Below, piece by piece: positions 32,902 through 41,705 of a stretch of 64,000 nucleotides of DNA (positions are counted from its first letter, which is position 1; each line of letters starts with the position of its first letter). The notes beneath the pieces were generated by a model. It worked only from the letters and a program-made list of their open reading frames with translations. It searched no databases and was not told the origin of the DNA. The translations under genes were made by a program, and so were the position numbers. This DNA is from Escherichia coli (lineage in GTDB: Bacteria; Pseudomonadota; Gammaproteobacteria; Enterobacterales; Enterobacteriaceae), in assembly GCF_016026235.1 (NCBI RefSeq), contig NZ_CP065613.1. One strand, 5' to 3'.

Positions 32902-35465
32902 TTGGCCGAAACAGGAATAATTCCGCCCTGTTTTAATTCCAGGGATAATTTATAAGGCGCCACGCATTGCTGCGACGCGTCATTACCCCATTTAATCAGT
33001 ACCCGCCCTTCCTCTGGCATCCCGCTAATATAGAGCTGCCCTTCTTCACCGACGATGCTGCTCACCTCATTTTGTTTATCGGTGATTAAGGTTGCTGTTG
33101 CCCCGAAAGGCACCGGACTGCCCGCGGAACGGAGCAGCGTCATTAATACGCGGTAACCAACACGGGTATCAAAACGCGCTCTGACAATCGCTCCACGCGT
33201 CGGCACCACTTTCTGGAATGCATTTTCAACGTCAACATCGTCACCCAACGAATCGCTACGCAGTGAGATTTCGTTTTCACGATAAGGCGTGGCGTAAGGC
33301 ACAACCGCGTTACCCATCCAGTCGACCTGCACACCGCCGTTATTCACCACGCGGGCATTGCGCGCGCCGGGTACGGAGATGAGCGTCATGGTTTCGCCTA
33401 GCGGCTGGGAAAGCGTGACGCCTTCGCTGTGAACGATCACGCCGCCGCGAACGCTGTAGTTGAGCTGCCGGTAATCTTTCCCGTAGCTATAGCCTACGTT
33501 GACATTACCGGACCCACCCTGATAGCCAACGTTAGCATTACCGCTATTACCCACGCCGTTGCTGGCGTAACCTTCCTGAACACTGTAGCTCAGGTTGCGA
33601 TCCTCAAGCAGCGTGCCGCTGACCCCAACCTGTTGATTTGTGCGACCATCCTGGTCGGTCGTCACGCGATAGTTACTCCAGGCCCGGCCCAGCGGAACGG
33701 AAATATTGAAAGACCACAAACGATCGCTATCATCCCATTCCGGGCTTTTATTCCAGCTATACGCAATACTGTAACTGACCTTGCCAATACGTCCGTTATA
33801 ACCCGCCGATATCGTGTTCTGTTTACCTGCGTCGTTCCAGTAATCCTGCTGCGTTAAATTTAAATAAACAGAGCCATACGCCCCTAATTGCTGCGTCAGG
33901 TTACCCTGTATTTCGCTGCGCTTGTGATAACGGTTATAGTCGCTGTCGGCATCACTGCGCACATCGGTGGCTTCCTGGAAGGTATAGAAACCGCTGGTAG
34001 AGTATCGATAGCCCGCGAGGCGGAAATCGGTGCCGCTTTCGAAGCTCTTGGAATATAAGAAACGATAAGATTGTCCCTGGCTATCGCGATCGTTATTCAG
34101 TTCGCTTTTCGCCTGCGTAACATCGATGGAAATCGCCCCGATATAACCAAAGTTCTTCCCTATACCTAACGCAAACGCATTGTAATTATTAGAGATTAAT
34201 GCACCGCCGTAGGCGGTCATCCCCCACGGTAAACCATAAATCAGATCAAGCTGCCCGAAACGCGGCGAGCCGCTGTCATAATTCCCGGCCTGATATTCAC
34301 CCGCGGCAAAGCTATATTTGAGATGGCCTTCACGCTGGAAAATAGGCACCGATGAGAACGGTTGAATAAAGCGTTGTTCGCTGCCATCCGCTTCTTTAAT
34401 AATGACCGTGAGGTCACCGCTGTTTGCGGTAGGGTAAAGATCGTTTATTTCAAAGGCTCCGGGCTGCACATAGGTGCGATAAATAACGTAGCCGTTTTGT
34501 TCAACACTGACTTCAGCATTACTTTTGGCGATCCCACGAACGATGGGCGCAAAGCCTCGCTGGCTGTCGGGCAGCATCTCTTCATCGGAGGCTAACATCG
34601 CGCCACGCATCTGAACGCTGTCAAAAATATCCCCCGCGGTCGCCGTATCTCCCATTGTTAATTGCGCTTTGAAAGGCACGATGGCACGGCTAAGCGACGT
34701 ACCGATATTATCCCACTGCGCTTTGCAGCCGGAATGGCTCCAGGTACTGTAATTACGTAACCGCCACGCGCCAAGGTTCAGGCCGCTGCGTAAGTTGAGG
34801 TAGTAGCTGTCGCTCTTTAGCGTATCGTTGCCATCATCATGATGAACGGTGCCATTATCATCGACATAACTGCTGGAAGAACCCGAGGAGTCATATTCAC
34901 TGTTGCTCCCGCTAAAACTGTAATCCAGCAATAATGCCGGGATACCTTCGTCCCATAAAGATTCCGGCACCGTGCCGCGCGCCACCTGGTGCATCGCAGC
35001 CTGAGGGAAACTTAATACCAGCTTTTGTTCACTGAAGTCGAAATGGCTTGAGGCCTGGGGAATGATTTCGTCAAACGGCACGCAGGCTTCGGCAGGCACC
35101 AGATTGAGGGCCGGAAAGCTTTCAACGCGCACGCCCATCTCTGCCAGTTGCGTCCGGCTAAGGCAAGGCACAAGGGATTCCCCCATCGCTTTGCGCTGTG
35201 CTTCTGTGGCCTCTTTAAATTCCAGTGTGCGGGTTTCCATTCTCTGTTCATTGACGTAAACAGAGACACGATAGATGCCGGGTAACTGCTGTTCCTGGCC
35301 TTTTTCGAACATCGTTAAATCGACATGCTGGCCCACACCCTGAACGTCCTCCAGGAATTTGGGGTTAAACTTTCCGGCATGTGCAGAAAACGTGCTGGCA
35401 ACAGCAACCGCCACCACAGAGATAGAAAAGGAAGAAAAAGTACGTGAAACGGTCTTCCGTGACAT
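32892..35465 (-). CDS. lpfC: Outer-membrane fimbrial usher (LpfC-like), intact
   Basis: 857-aa uninterrupted ORF with a signal-peptide-like N-terminus and a usher-like central region. Confidence 0.8.
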   Translation of the reverse strand: MSRKTVSRTFSSFSISVVAVAVASTFSAHAGKFNPKFLEDVQGVGQHVDLTMFEKGQEQQLPGIYRVSVYVNEQRMETRTLEFKEATEAQRKAMGESLVPCLSRTQLAEMGVRVESFPALNLVPAEACVPFDEIIPQASSHFDFSEQKLVLSFPQAAMHQVARGTVPESLWDEGIPALLLDYSFSGSNSEYDSSGSSSSYVDDNGTVHHDDGNDTLKSDSYYLNLRSGLNLGAWRLRNYSTWSHSGCKAQWDNIGTSLSRAIVPFKAQLTMGDTATAGDIFDSVQMRGAMLASDEEMLPDSQRGFAPIVRGIAKSNAEVSVEQNGYVIYRTYVQPGAFEINDLYPTANSGDLTVIIKEADGSEQRFIQPFSSVPIFQREGHLKYSFAAGEYQAGNYDSGSPRFGQLDLIYGLPWGMTAYGGALISNNYNAFALGIGKNFGYIGAISIDVTQAKSELNNDRDSQGQSYRFLYSKSFESGTDFRLAGYRYSTSGFYTFQEATDVRSDADSDYNRYHKRSEIQGNLTQQLGAYGSVYLNLTQQDYWNDAGKQNTISAGYNGRIGKVSYSIAYSWNKSPEWDDSDRLWSFNISVPLGRAWSNYRVTTDQDGRTNQQVGVSGTLLEDRNLSYSVQEGYASNGVGNSGNANVGYQGGSGNVNVGYSYGKDYRQLNYSVRGGVIVHSEGVTLSQPLGETMTLISVPGARNARVVNNGGVQVDWMGNAVVPYATPYRENEISLRSDSLGDDVDVENAFQKVVPTRGAIVRARFDTRVGYRVLMTLLRSAGSPVPFGATATLITDKQNEVSSIVGEEGQLYISGMPEEGRVLIKWGNDASQQCVAPYKLSLELKQGGIIPVSANCQ

Positions 35466-35493
35466 TGAGCAATTTCTCCTGAAAAGGTATTAA

Positions 35494-36192
35494 TCAATCA
35501 ACATTTTTAGTCATCATTTCCGCTGACGATCCAAAGTCATTGATAGTGTTATATTTAATCTTCGAAACGCTACCTGCCCCAGCGGGTAATGTAATATTTA
35601 ATGACCCTTTTGCGGGTACCATGCCGGCTTTTTCAATTTCTTTGTCATTCGCAAAAAATTGATTAAAGGTAATATTAAAAACGGTGGGGTTATCGACACG
35701 GATCTGATTACCGCTACGCGTAAATCGCAGTTCGTTTGGCGCGGTTTTTACATCACCCTGTAACCCTGCCGGGCGATAAAACAGTTTGATGCGGGTGCGA
35801 ACAGCAATCTGTAATACATTTTTGTTTTCGCTGTCGTCACTTTTAGACGGAATGGCTTTCACATTAACCCAGTAGACCGATTCGCGATCCTGCGGCAGGC
35901 CAGGGGTGGTATTTACAATACGCAATATATTGTTTTTTCCAGGATCGAGCCTGAACAACGGCGGGGTAATTATAAACGGTGTTTTTTTGCTGCCCGCGGC
36001 ATCATCCACCCAGGACTGGATCAGAAACTCTTCCGTCTTACTTTTATTCTGTACGGTCAGCGAGGCTTCTTTCTTACTGCCATCATAAATCACACGGGTA
36101 GCACTAAGCCCAACGCCCCCCGCCAGAACTGACTGGGAGAGGAACAGAGACAGAGCCAACGCAACAAATTTACTTTTCATCATTCGATCCAT
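35494..36192 (-). CDS. lpfB: Periplasmic fimbrial chaperone (PapD-like; LpfB-like)
   Basis: 232-aa ORF with a signal peptide; size and position typical of a PapD-family chaperone. Confidence 0.8.
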   Translation of the reverse strand: MDRMMKSKFVALALSLFLSQSVLAGGVGLSATRVIYDGSKKEASLTVQNKSKTEEFLIQSWVDDAAGSKKTPFIITPPLFRLDPGKNNILRIVNTTPGLPQDRESVYWVNVKAIPSKSDDSENKNVLQIAVRTRIKLFYRPAGLQGDVKTAPNELRFTRSGNQIRVDNPTVFNITFNQFFANDKEIEKAGMVPAKGSLNITLPAGAGSVSKIKYNTINDFGSSAEMMTKNVD

Positions 36193-36244
36193 GAATTTTG
36201 ACGACTAATGGCGGCAATTACGCCGCCATGGGTAAAACAGACGA

Positions 36245-36781
36245 TTACTCGTAAGACAGGTTGAAATCGACCTGCGCATTGCCGTAACCGGTCGTTACCG
36301 TTGCCAGAGTTGAAACGTAGTTGGCGGTAAAGTAGAGAACCGTCTGGCCTTTACTCAGATCAACACTTGCTTTACCACCGTTAAGAGCGACCAGGGTGTT
36401 GCTGTTATCATAAATACCGATACCAACACCTTTCGCCGCACCGGCTTCAGTACTAACAGAAATCAGATCAGATTGATCTGCATCACCGACACCGCTAAAG
36501 CTCACATTGGCTTTTTTCATCGTAGTGGTATCGCAGTCTTCCAGTTTAATTTCGAAGGGTTTTGCCGGGGATTTATCACCAACCGCAGCAAATACAGATT
36601 TTTGTACCTGACCCAACACAACTTCCTGATTCTGAGAGTCAACGGACAGTACGCAAGGTGAATCCACGATCTCGCCTGTAAATTTAACCGTGCCGTCACC
36701 AGACTCTGCTGCGAATACAGTGCCAGAAGTTAACGCCAGTGCGGTTAAGGCAAAAACGACCTTTTTCATGAAAAACTCCAT
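36245..36781 (-). CDS. lpfA: Major fimbrial subunit (LpfA-like)
   Basis: 178-aa ORF with a signal peptide (MKKVVFALTALALTSGTVFA), a conserved Cys pair and a C-terminal GYGNAQVDFNLSYE motif; strongly resembles the Salmonella/E. coli LpfA I recall. Confidence 0.8.
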   Translation of the reverse strand: MEFFMKKVVFALTALALTSGTVFAAESGDGTVKFTGEIVDSPCVLSVDSQNQEVVLGQVQKSVFAAVGDKSPAKPFEIKLEDCDTTTMKKANVSFSGVGDADQSDLISVSTEAGAAKGVGIGIYDNSNTLVALNGGKASVDLSKGQTVLYFTANYVSTLATVTTGYGNAQVDFNLSYE

Positions 36782-37082
36782 TTAAAAAATTACATTAAAA
36801 AGAAAATCTTGATGTATCAAAATCGACAACTTTGAAGGAAGGATTATACAATTAAATACGAATAATAAAATTATACGAATAATATATTAATAGCACATCC
36901 AATTTTAAATCTTAAAAAAAATCATTGCGTTACATTTTTACATAAAAAGCTATCGTTTATTTTTAGGAATAAATAAATATAAAATATCAATTAAACAAAA
37001 CAAAAACATTCACCACACAAATAATAAGATAAAATATTTTCATTTTTATTCTTTAAAATGTAATAAAAAAGGAGGATTTCCT
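36782..37082 (-). promoter_or_regulatory. Extremely AT-rich upstream region of the lpf operon (probable promoter / nucleoid-protein-bound region)
   Basis: About 300 bp that are overwhelmingly A/T, directly upstream of lpfA. Specific promoter elements not resolved. Confidence 0.4.
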
Positions 37083-38376
37083 CTGAGGGATCCCCAGAAA
37101 ATTTAGTAAACCATTATCATATTGGTATACCGTTGCTGTAGAACTTTCAGCCCTGCGTCAAGTGACAGTGTGTTTAGTATGAGTGGAGAATGTCGAATCA
37201 CATTCTCCGCCAGTTTTAATAACGAGATGACTCGCCTGTGCTTCACTGTATTTGCCTGATATTTATGATGTATCCCTTTGTTTTCCAGGCTGAAACCGCT
37301 TAACCACATAATGATACTGGCTAATGTTGCGATCAGACTCAATACCGTGACCCGCCCGGATGAATGACTGGCACCAAACCGTAGTCCAAATCCCCAGCGA
37401 GGATTTTTTTCATCCCTGAAATTTTGCTCAATTTGCATTCTACGGCTGTATAATTTCATTACCTGTTTTGGCGAGAACTCAGTACTGTTTGTGAAAATAA
37501 ACCATGGTGATTTCCCGGCAGTACGAGCTTTAGCCGTCACCGATGGTCTGGTTGCTCTTTCCTTCGAGCGTTTAAATCTACGACCTTTAGGCTTACTTTT
37601 ATAAAGATAAAAATGCCCTTCATGTTGTGCATTTTTATCTCGACCCAGCAGGCCTTCACCTAAATAAATTGCTGTCGTTGATGCTTTTGTGCCTGAGTCC
37701 GACACCTTTTCCCAGCCATTACCAACATTGTAATAATGATTGCCCAGTACCCGGCAAATATAGGTCCAGCCACGGGAGCGGAGCTGTTGGAACCATCGCC
37801 CCTGAAAACCGGCATCTGTAATAACAATGACATCAGTCCCGGGGGAAAAGCACTCAGCAAGCGATTCCAGAAAACGCTCATGTACATCTGCATTCGCTGT
37901 CTGTGATGATGGAACGACACAACTCATCAACGGTAAAGAACGCCCGTCACATGCCAGGCTTGCCCGCAAAAGCTGAAAACGAGAGGCATGATAAGCACTC
38001 CAGTCAATGAGTATCACAACACGAGACATTCCCCGCGTAATCTTTTGGGTAATTCGCTGAAAAATGGTGGAAACCTCATTTTGCAAATGTCGATTCCCCA
38101 ACAGTCGATCCACCCGCTTTATTTTGTTTTTAACTGATGCCGTACCGGTTAAATGACGCCCGATACTGGTAAGTGTGAGGGAAGCGCCATTTATTACAGC
38201 ATTAGTTGCGTCAATCAGTGATTTTTGACGGTAAAGATGCAAAGGGGCCAGTATGTTGTTAAGGAAATTTTGGCATAATGAACGTGCAGGCATAGTGGTG
38301 ATCTCCTTGAAATTGTTAGCACAATCAATTAGATCACATCTCACTATGCCTGTCTTGTTTTCTGGGGATTCCTCAG
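37083..38376 (-). mobile_element. IS10-like insertion sequence (IS4 family), about 1.29 kb, with imperfect terminal inverted repeats and flanking direct repeats
   Basis: Left end CTGAGGGATCCCCAGAAAA (37083-) and right end, reverse-complemented, CTGAGGAATCCCCAGAAAA resemble the IS10 termini I recall (CTGAxGAATCCCC). Flanked by AGGATTTCCT at 37073-37082 and 38377-38386, so the boundary is uncertain by 1 bp. Confidence 0.8.
37103..38293 (-). CDS. IS4-family (IS10-like) DDE transposase
   Basis: ORF track gives 443 aa from 38434; the likely real start is the ATG at 38291-38293, inside the IS (MPARSLCQNF..., 396 aa). Motifs shared with IS10 transposase: IKRVDRLLGNRHL, VITDAGF, YSRRMQIEQNFRD. Confidence 0.8.
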   Translation of the reverse strand: MPARSLCQNFLNNILAPLHLYRQKSLIDATNAVINGASLTLTSIGRHLTGTASVKNKIKRVDRLLGNRHLQNEVSTIFQRITQKITRGMSRVVILIDWSAYHASRFQLLRASLACDGRSLPLMSCVVPSSQTANADVHERFLESLAECFSPGTDVIVITDAGFQGRWFQQLRSRGWTYICRVLGNHYYNVGNGWEKVSDSGTKASTTAIYLGEGLLGRDKNAQHEGHFYLYKSKPKGRRFKRSKERATRPSVTAKARTAGKSPWFIFTNSTEFSPKQVMKLYSRRMQIEQNFRDEKNPRWGFGLRFGASHSSGRVTVLSLIATLASIIMWLSGFSLENKGIHHKYQANTVKHRRVISLLKLAENVIRHSPLILNTLSLDAGLKVLQQRYTNMIMVY

Positions 38377-38417
38377 AGGATTTCCTCCCCCTTTCGTTCA
38401 AAATCTGTAGTTTCTGG

Positions 38418-39620
38418 CTAAATATGCGCCTCACGCAATACTTTCTGCTCTGGCTGACGAATCGTCGTAGAAAGCGCCAATGACAGAATCAGCAGAGCAA
38501 AGATGACGTAGAACGTCACATAGAAGCCGCCAAACAGTGAGGCAATAATCGAACCACAAATGCTACCGATACCGAAACCGAGGTAAATCACACCGTAGTT
38601 TTTCGCCAGGTTATTGAGGCCGAAGAACTCACTGACCAGTGACGGAAAGACGGTAATAGTGCCGCCAAAGTTAAATGCCACGCAGGCAATCGCTGCAAAG
38701 AACATCACTGCATTCAATGGTGCAAACAGCAGGGCCGCCATACCCACCAGCGAAATTACCTGACCAATGGTGATAACACGGATACGGGCGATTTTGTCAG
38801 ACAGAATGCCCAGCACCAGACGACCTGAAAGGTTAGCAATAGAAATAACCGTTACTGCGTTGGCTGCGGAAATTGCATCAAGATGCGCCAGGCTCTGAGC
38901 AATATCTTTCGCCACACCAATCACATACAGACCGCTCATGCAGGCAGTAAGGAACATCACCGCTAACATCCAGTACTGCGGTTTACGCATCGACTCTGCC
39001 AGCGTGTAATCTTTCTCCACTACGCCATTGCTGGTTTTCACTTCCTGTTTTGGTGCGTCTTTCATTAACGTTGCGCCGAAAACAATCATCACCAGCGCAA
39101 TCGCTCCCCAAATCACAAAGGTTTTTTCCAGACCGACCGTTTCCAGCAGCTGCGTGTCGATAAATTTGAAACCCAGGCTACCCAGACCATAAGAACCGAT
39201 AGCGAACGCGGAGATCAGACCTTTACGCTCCGGGAACCACTTCACGCAGTTAGAGAGCGTCAGCAGGTAACCCGCGCCATCCGCCAGACCGACCAGCACA
39301 CCGGCGCTTAACCACAGCATCATCAGGTTGTCAGAATGCGCTGTCAGGAAGAACCCTAATCCCAGCAAAATGCCGGAAGCGATGGTGACGCGTTTAACAC
39401 CAAAACGTTCCTGCAATTTGCCCGCAACAGAAGACGAAATTGCCAGCCCCAGACTTAACAAGCCGAAAGAGAAAGCGACCTGGCTTACCGGCGCATCCAG
39501 CTTGGCGGAAAGCGCGCCGTTAAACAGGCTCCAGGTATAAACCGACCCCAGCGCAAACTGGGTAATGATAGTACCGATGAGTGTCAGCCAGCGGGTACGC
39601 TGATAATTTGAAGGTGTCAT
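38418..39620 (-). CDS. yhjX: MFS-family transporter (putative oxalate/formate antiporter-like)
   Basis: ORF track gives 415 aa; trimmed to the MTPSNYQRTRW start (ATG verified at 39618-39620). Multi-pass MFS-like protein matching YhjX. C-terminus not checked against a reference. Confidence 0.85.
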   Translation of the reverse strand: MTPSNYQRTRWLTLIGTIITQFALGSVYTWSLFNGALSAKLDAPVSQVAFSFGLLSLGLAISSSVAGKLQERFGVKRVTIASGILLGLGFFLTAHSDNLMMLWLSAGVLVGLADGAGYLLTLSNCVKWFPERKGLISAFAIGSYGLGSLGFKFIDTQLLETVGLEKTFVIWGAIALVMIVFGATLMKDAPKQEVKTSNGVVEKDYTLAESMRKPQYWMLAVMFLTACMSGLYVIGVAKDIAQSLAHLDAISAANAVTVISIANLSGRLVLGILSDKIARIRVITIGQVISLVGMAALLFAPLNAVMFFAAIACVAFNFGGTITVFPSLVSEFFGLNNLAKNYGVIYLGFGIGSICGSIIASLFGGFYVTFYVIFALLILSLALSTTIRQPEQKVLREAHI

Positions 39621-39848
39621 GGCAGTATTCCTGCAGTAATAAAAAGGAAAAATCTCTGCCGACAACCATAACGAAGTGCACTTTATGCCTGGGGAAAAAC
39701 GGCATGAAATGCCATCAGAACGGAATGAAATGCCTTAGTTCAGGAATGAATGACGCGACAATTATTCACCAAATTTATTATTTGGTAAGTTAGCACCCAC
39801 TATCGCCACAACTATTGTTATCCAATGGTTTCAATTGTGATTGTTACG

Positions 39849-40547
39849 TTAAAATCTGGCACTAACCCCCATCGTATACAGATAATCGCTATTGTTAGTG
39901 GTATTTTCTGCCTGAGATAGCGCGGCATAGGCGGCAATATTTTGATTGAGCAACATATCAGCGCCTACGGTGACATCCAGCCAGTTGCCGTTCTGGTTTG
40001 TCGCCGTCATCCGGCTCAGGCCTGATTGCGCCTTCCAGATATTCTCGCCAAATTGCTGGTTATAGCTGATTTGCGCCCAGGGTCGGAGATCGCCAAGCCG
40101 GGAGTCAACACGCCAGCCTAAGGTACTCACGCTGGCATGCCATAACGGATCGGTCAGCGTGGTAGTACTGTCGCCAAACTCGTTATACATCGAGGTGGTT
40201 GTGCCATCGTAATGTAATGCCGCGACCGGGCCAGTTGTAACCTGTTCATATAAAGGAAAATTCCAGCCCATACTCATACTGCTGGTCACATCCACAGGGG
40301 TTTCTTCCGCCAGATTGACTTCCAGTCCCAGCGCCCTTTGGCTACTTTGAATACGTTGCGACAAAATATCGTTGTAATCAGGTTGATGATCACTATCCCA
40401 GGTGTAACGCTCTGTGGAATGCCCGGGTTGCGTATCAACGATATATTCTTGTTGCCAGGCGTAAGCTGTGTTGAGAAAAAAGGCACTGATTACCACACTC
40501 GCCAGCAGGCTTAGCTGCCAGCGACCACCGCTTTTTTTTATGATCAT
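39849..40547 (-). CDS. yhjY: Putative outer-membrane protein / lipase-like autotransporter beta-domain protein
   Basis: ORF track starts at a GTG (40553); the first ATG is at 40545-40547 (MIIKKSGGRWQ...). Signal peptide; C-terminal F. Matches YhjY. Confidence 0.8.
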   Translation of the reverse strand: MIIKKSGGRWQLSLLASVVISAFFLNTAYAWQQEYIVDTQPGHSTERYTWDSDHQPDYNDILSQRIQSSQRALGLEVNLAEETPVDVTSSMSMGWNFPLYEQVTTGPVAALHYDGTTTSMYNEFGDSTTTLTDPLWHASVSTLGWRVDSRLGDLRPWAQISYNQQFGENIWKAQSGLSRMTATNQNGNWLDVTVGADMLLNQNIAAYAALSQAENTTNNSDYLYTMGVSARF

Positions 40548-40704
40548 TAACACGACTCCAGGGAAGAGCCGAATTCGGCAATATTATTGTCATTGTATGA
40601 AGGATATCGGGCATAGTAGCCCTGTATTAAATATTGACTTTTTCACCGATGCGTCAAGAAAAGCGGCTGAAATTTTTACGATCGGGTACATAGCGAGGGA
40701 AAGT

Positions 40705-41268
40705 ATGGAACGTTGCGGCTGGGTGAGTCAGGACCCGCTTTATATTGCCTACCATGATAATGAGTGGGGCGTGCCTGAAACTGACAGTAAAAAACTGTTC
40801 GAAATGATCTGCCTGGAAGGGCAGCAGGCTGGGTTATCGTGGATCACCGTCCTCAAAAAACGCGAAAACTATCGCGCCTGCTTTCATCAGTTCGATCCGG
40901 TGAAGGTTGCCGCAATGCAGGAAGAGGATGTCGAAAGACTGGTACAGGACGCCGGGATTATCCGCCATCGCGGGAAAATTCAGGCAATTATTGGTAATGC
41001 GCGGGCGTACCTGCAAATGGAACAGAACGGCGAACCGTTTGCCGACTTTGTCTGGTCGTTTGTAAATCATCAGCCACAGGTGACACAAGCCACAACGTTG
41101 AGCGAAATCCCCACATCTACGCCCGCCTCCGACGCCCTATCTAAGGCACTGAAAAAACGTGGTTTTAAGTTTGTCGGTACCACAATCTGTTACTCCTTTA
41201 TGCAGGCATGTGGGCTGGTGAATGATCATGTGGTTGGCTGCTGTTGCTATCCGGGAAATAAACCATGA
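40705..41268 (+). CDS. tag: 3-methyladenine DNA glycosylase I
   Basis: ORF track gives 266 aa; trimmed to the MERCGWVSQDPLYIAYHDNEWG start (ATG verified at 40705) gives 187 aa, matching Tag. Confidence 0.92.
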   Translation: MERCGWVSQDPLYIAYHDNEWGVPETDSKKLFEMICLEGQQAGLSWITVLKKRENYRACFHQFDPVKVAAMQEEDVERLVQDAGIIRHRGKIQAIIGNARAYLQMEQNGEPFADFVWSFVNHQPQVTQATTLSEIPTSTPASDALSKALKKRGFKFVGTTICYSFMQACGLVNDHVVGCCCYPGNKP

Positions 41269-41705
41269 TTAGGGAAGCGCAACGTTCAGAACTCCCCGCG
41301 ATCCTCGAACTGTGGCTGGAAAGTACAACCTGGGGCCATCCCTTTATAAAAGCGAATTACTGGCGCGAGTGCATTCCACTGGTGCGGGATGCCTATCTTG
41401 CCAACGCACAAAACTGGGTCTGGGAAGAAGACAGTAAGCTTCTCGGTTTTGTCAGCATTATGGAAGGCCGATTTCTGGCAGCGATGTTTGTCGCACCGAA
41501 GGCCGTCAGGCGCGGTATTGGTAAGGCGCTGATGCAGTATGTGCAACAGCGCCATCCCCATCTGATGCTGGAGGTTTATCAAAAAAATCAACCGGCGATA
41601 GATTTTTACCAGGCGCAGGGTTTTCACATTGTCGATTGCGCATGGCAGGATGAAACCCAACTACCCACCTGGATTATGAGCTGGCCGGTGGTTCAAACGC
41701 TGTAA
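41265..41705 (+). CDS. yiaC: GNAT-family N-acetyltransferase
   Basis: 146-aa ORF overlapping the tag stop by 4 nt; matches YiaC. Confidence 0.88.
   Translation: MIREAQRSELPAILELWLESTTWGHPFIKANYWRECIPLVRDAYLANAQNWVWEEDSKLLGFVSIMEGRFLAAMFVAPKAVRRGIGKALMQYVQQRHPHLMLEVYQKNQPAIDFYQAQGFHIVDCAWQDETQLPTWIMSWPVVQTL

Noticed and set aside
38294-38434. N-terminal 47 codons of the ORF-track transposase
   Set aside because: This extension crosses the IS right boundary (38376) into flanking DNA and overlaps the yhjX 3' end; the real start is most likely the internal ATG at 38293.
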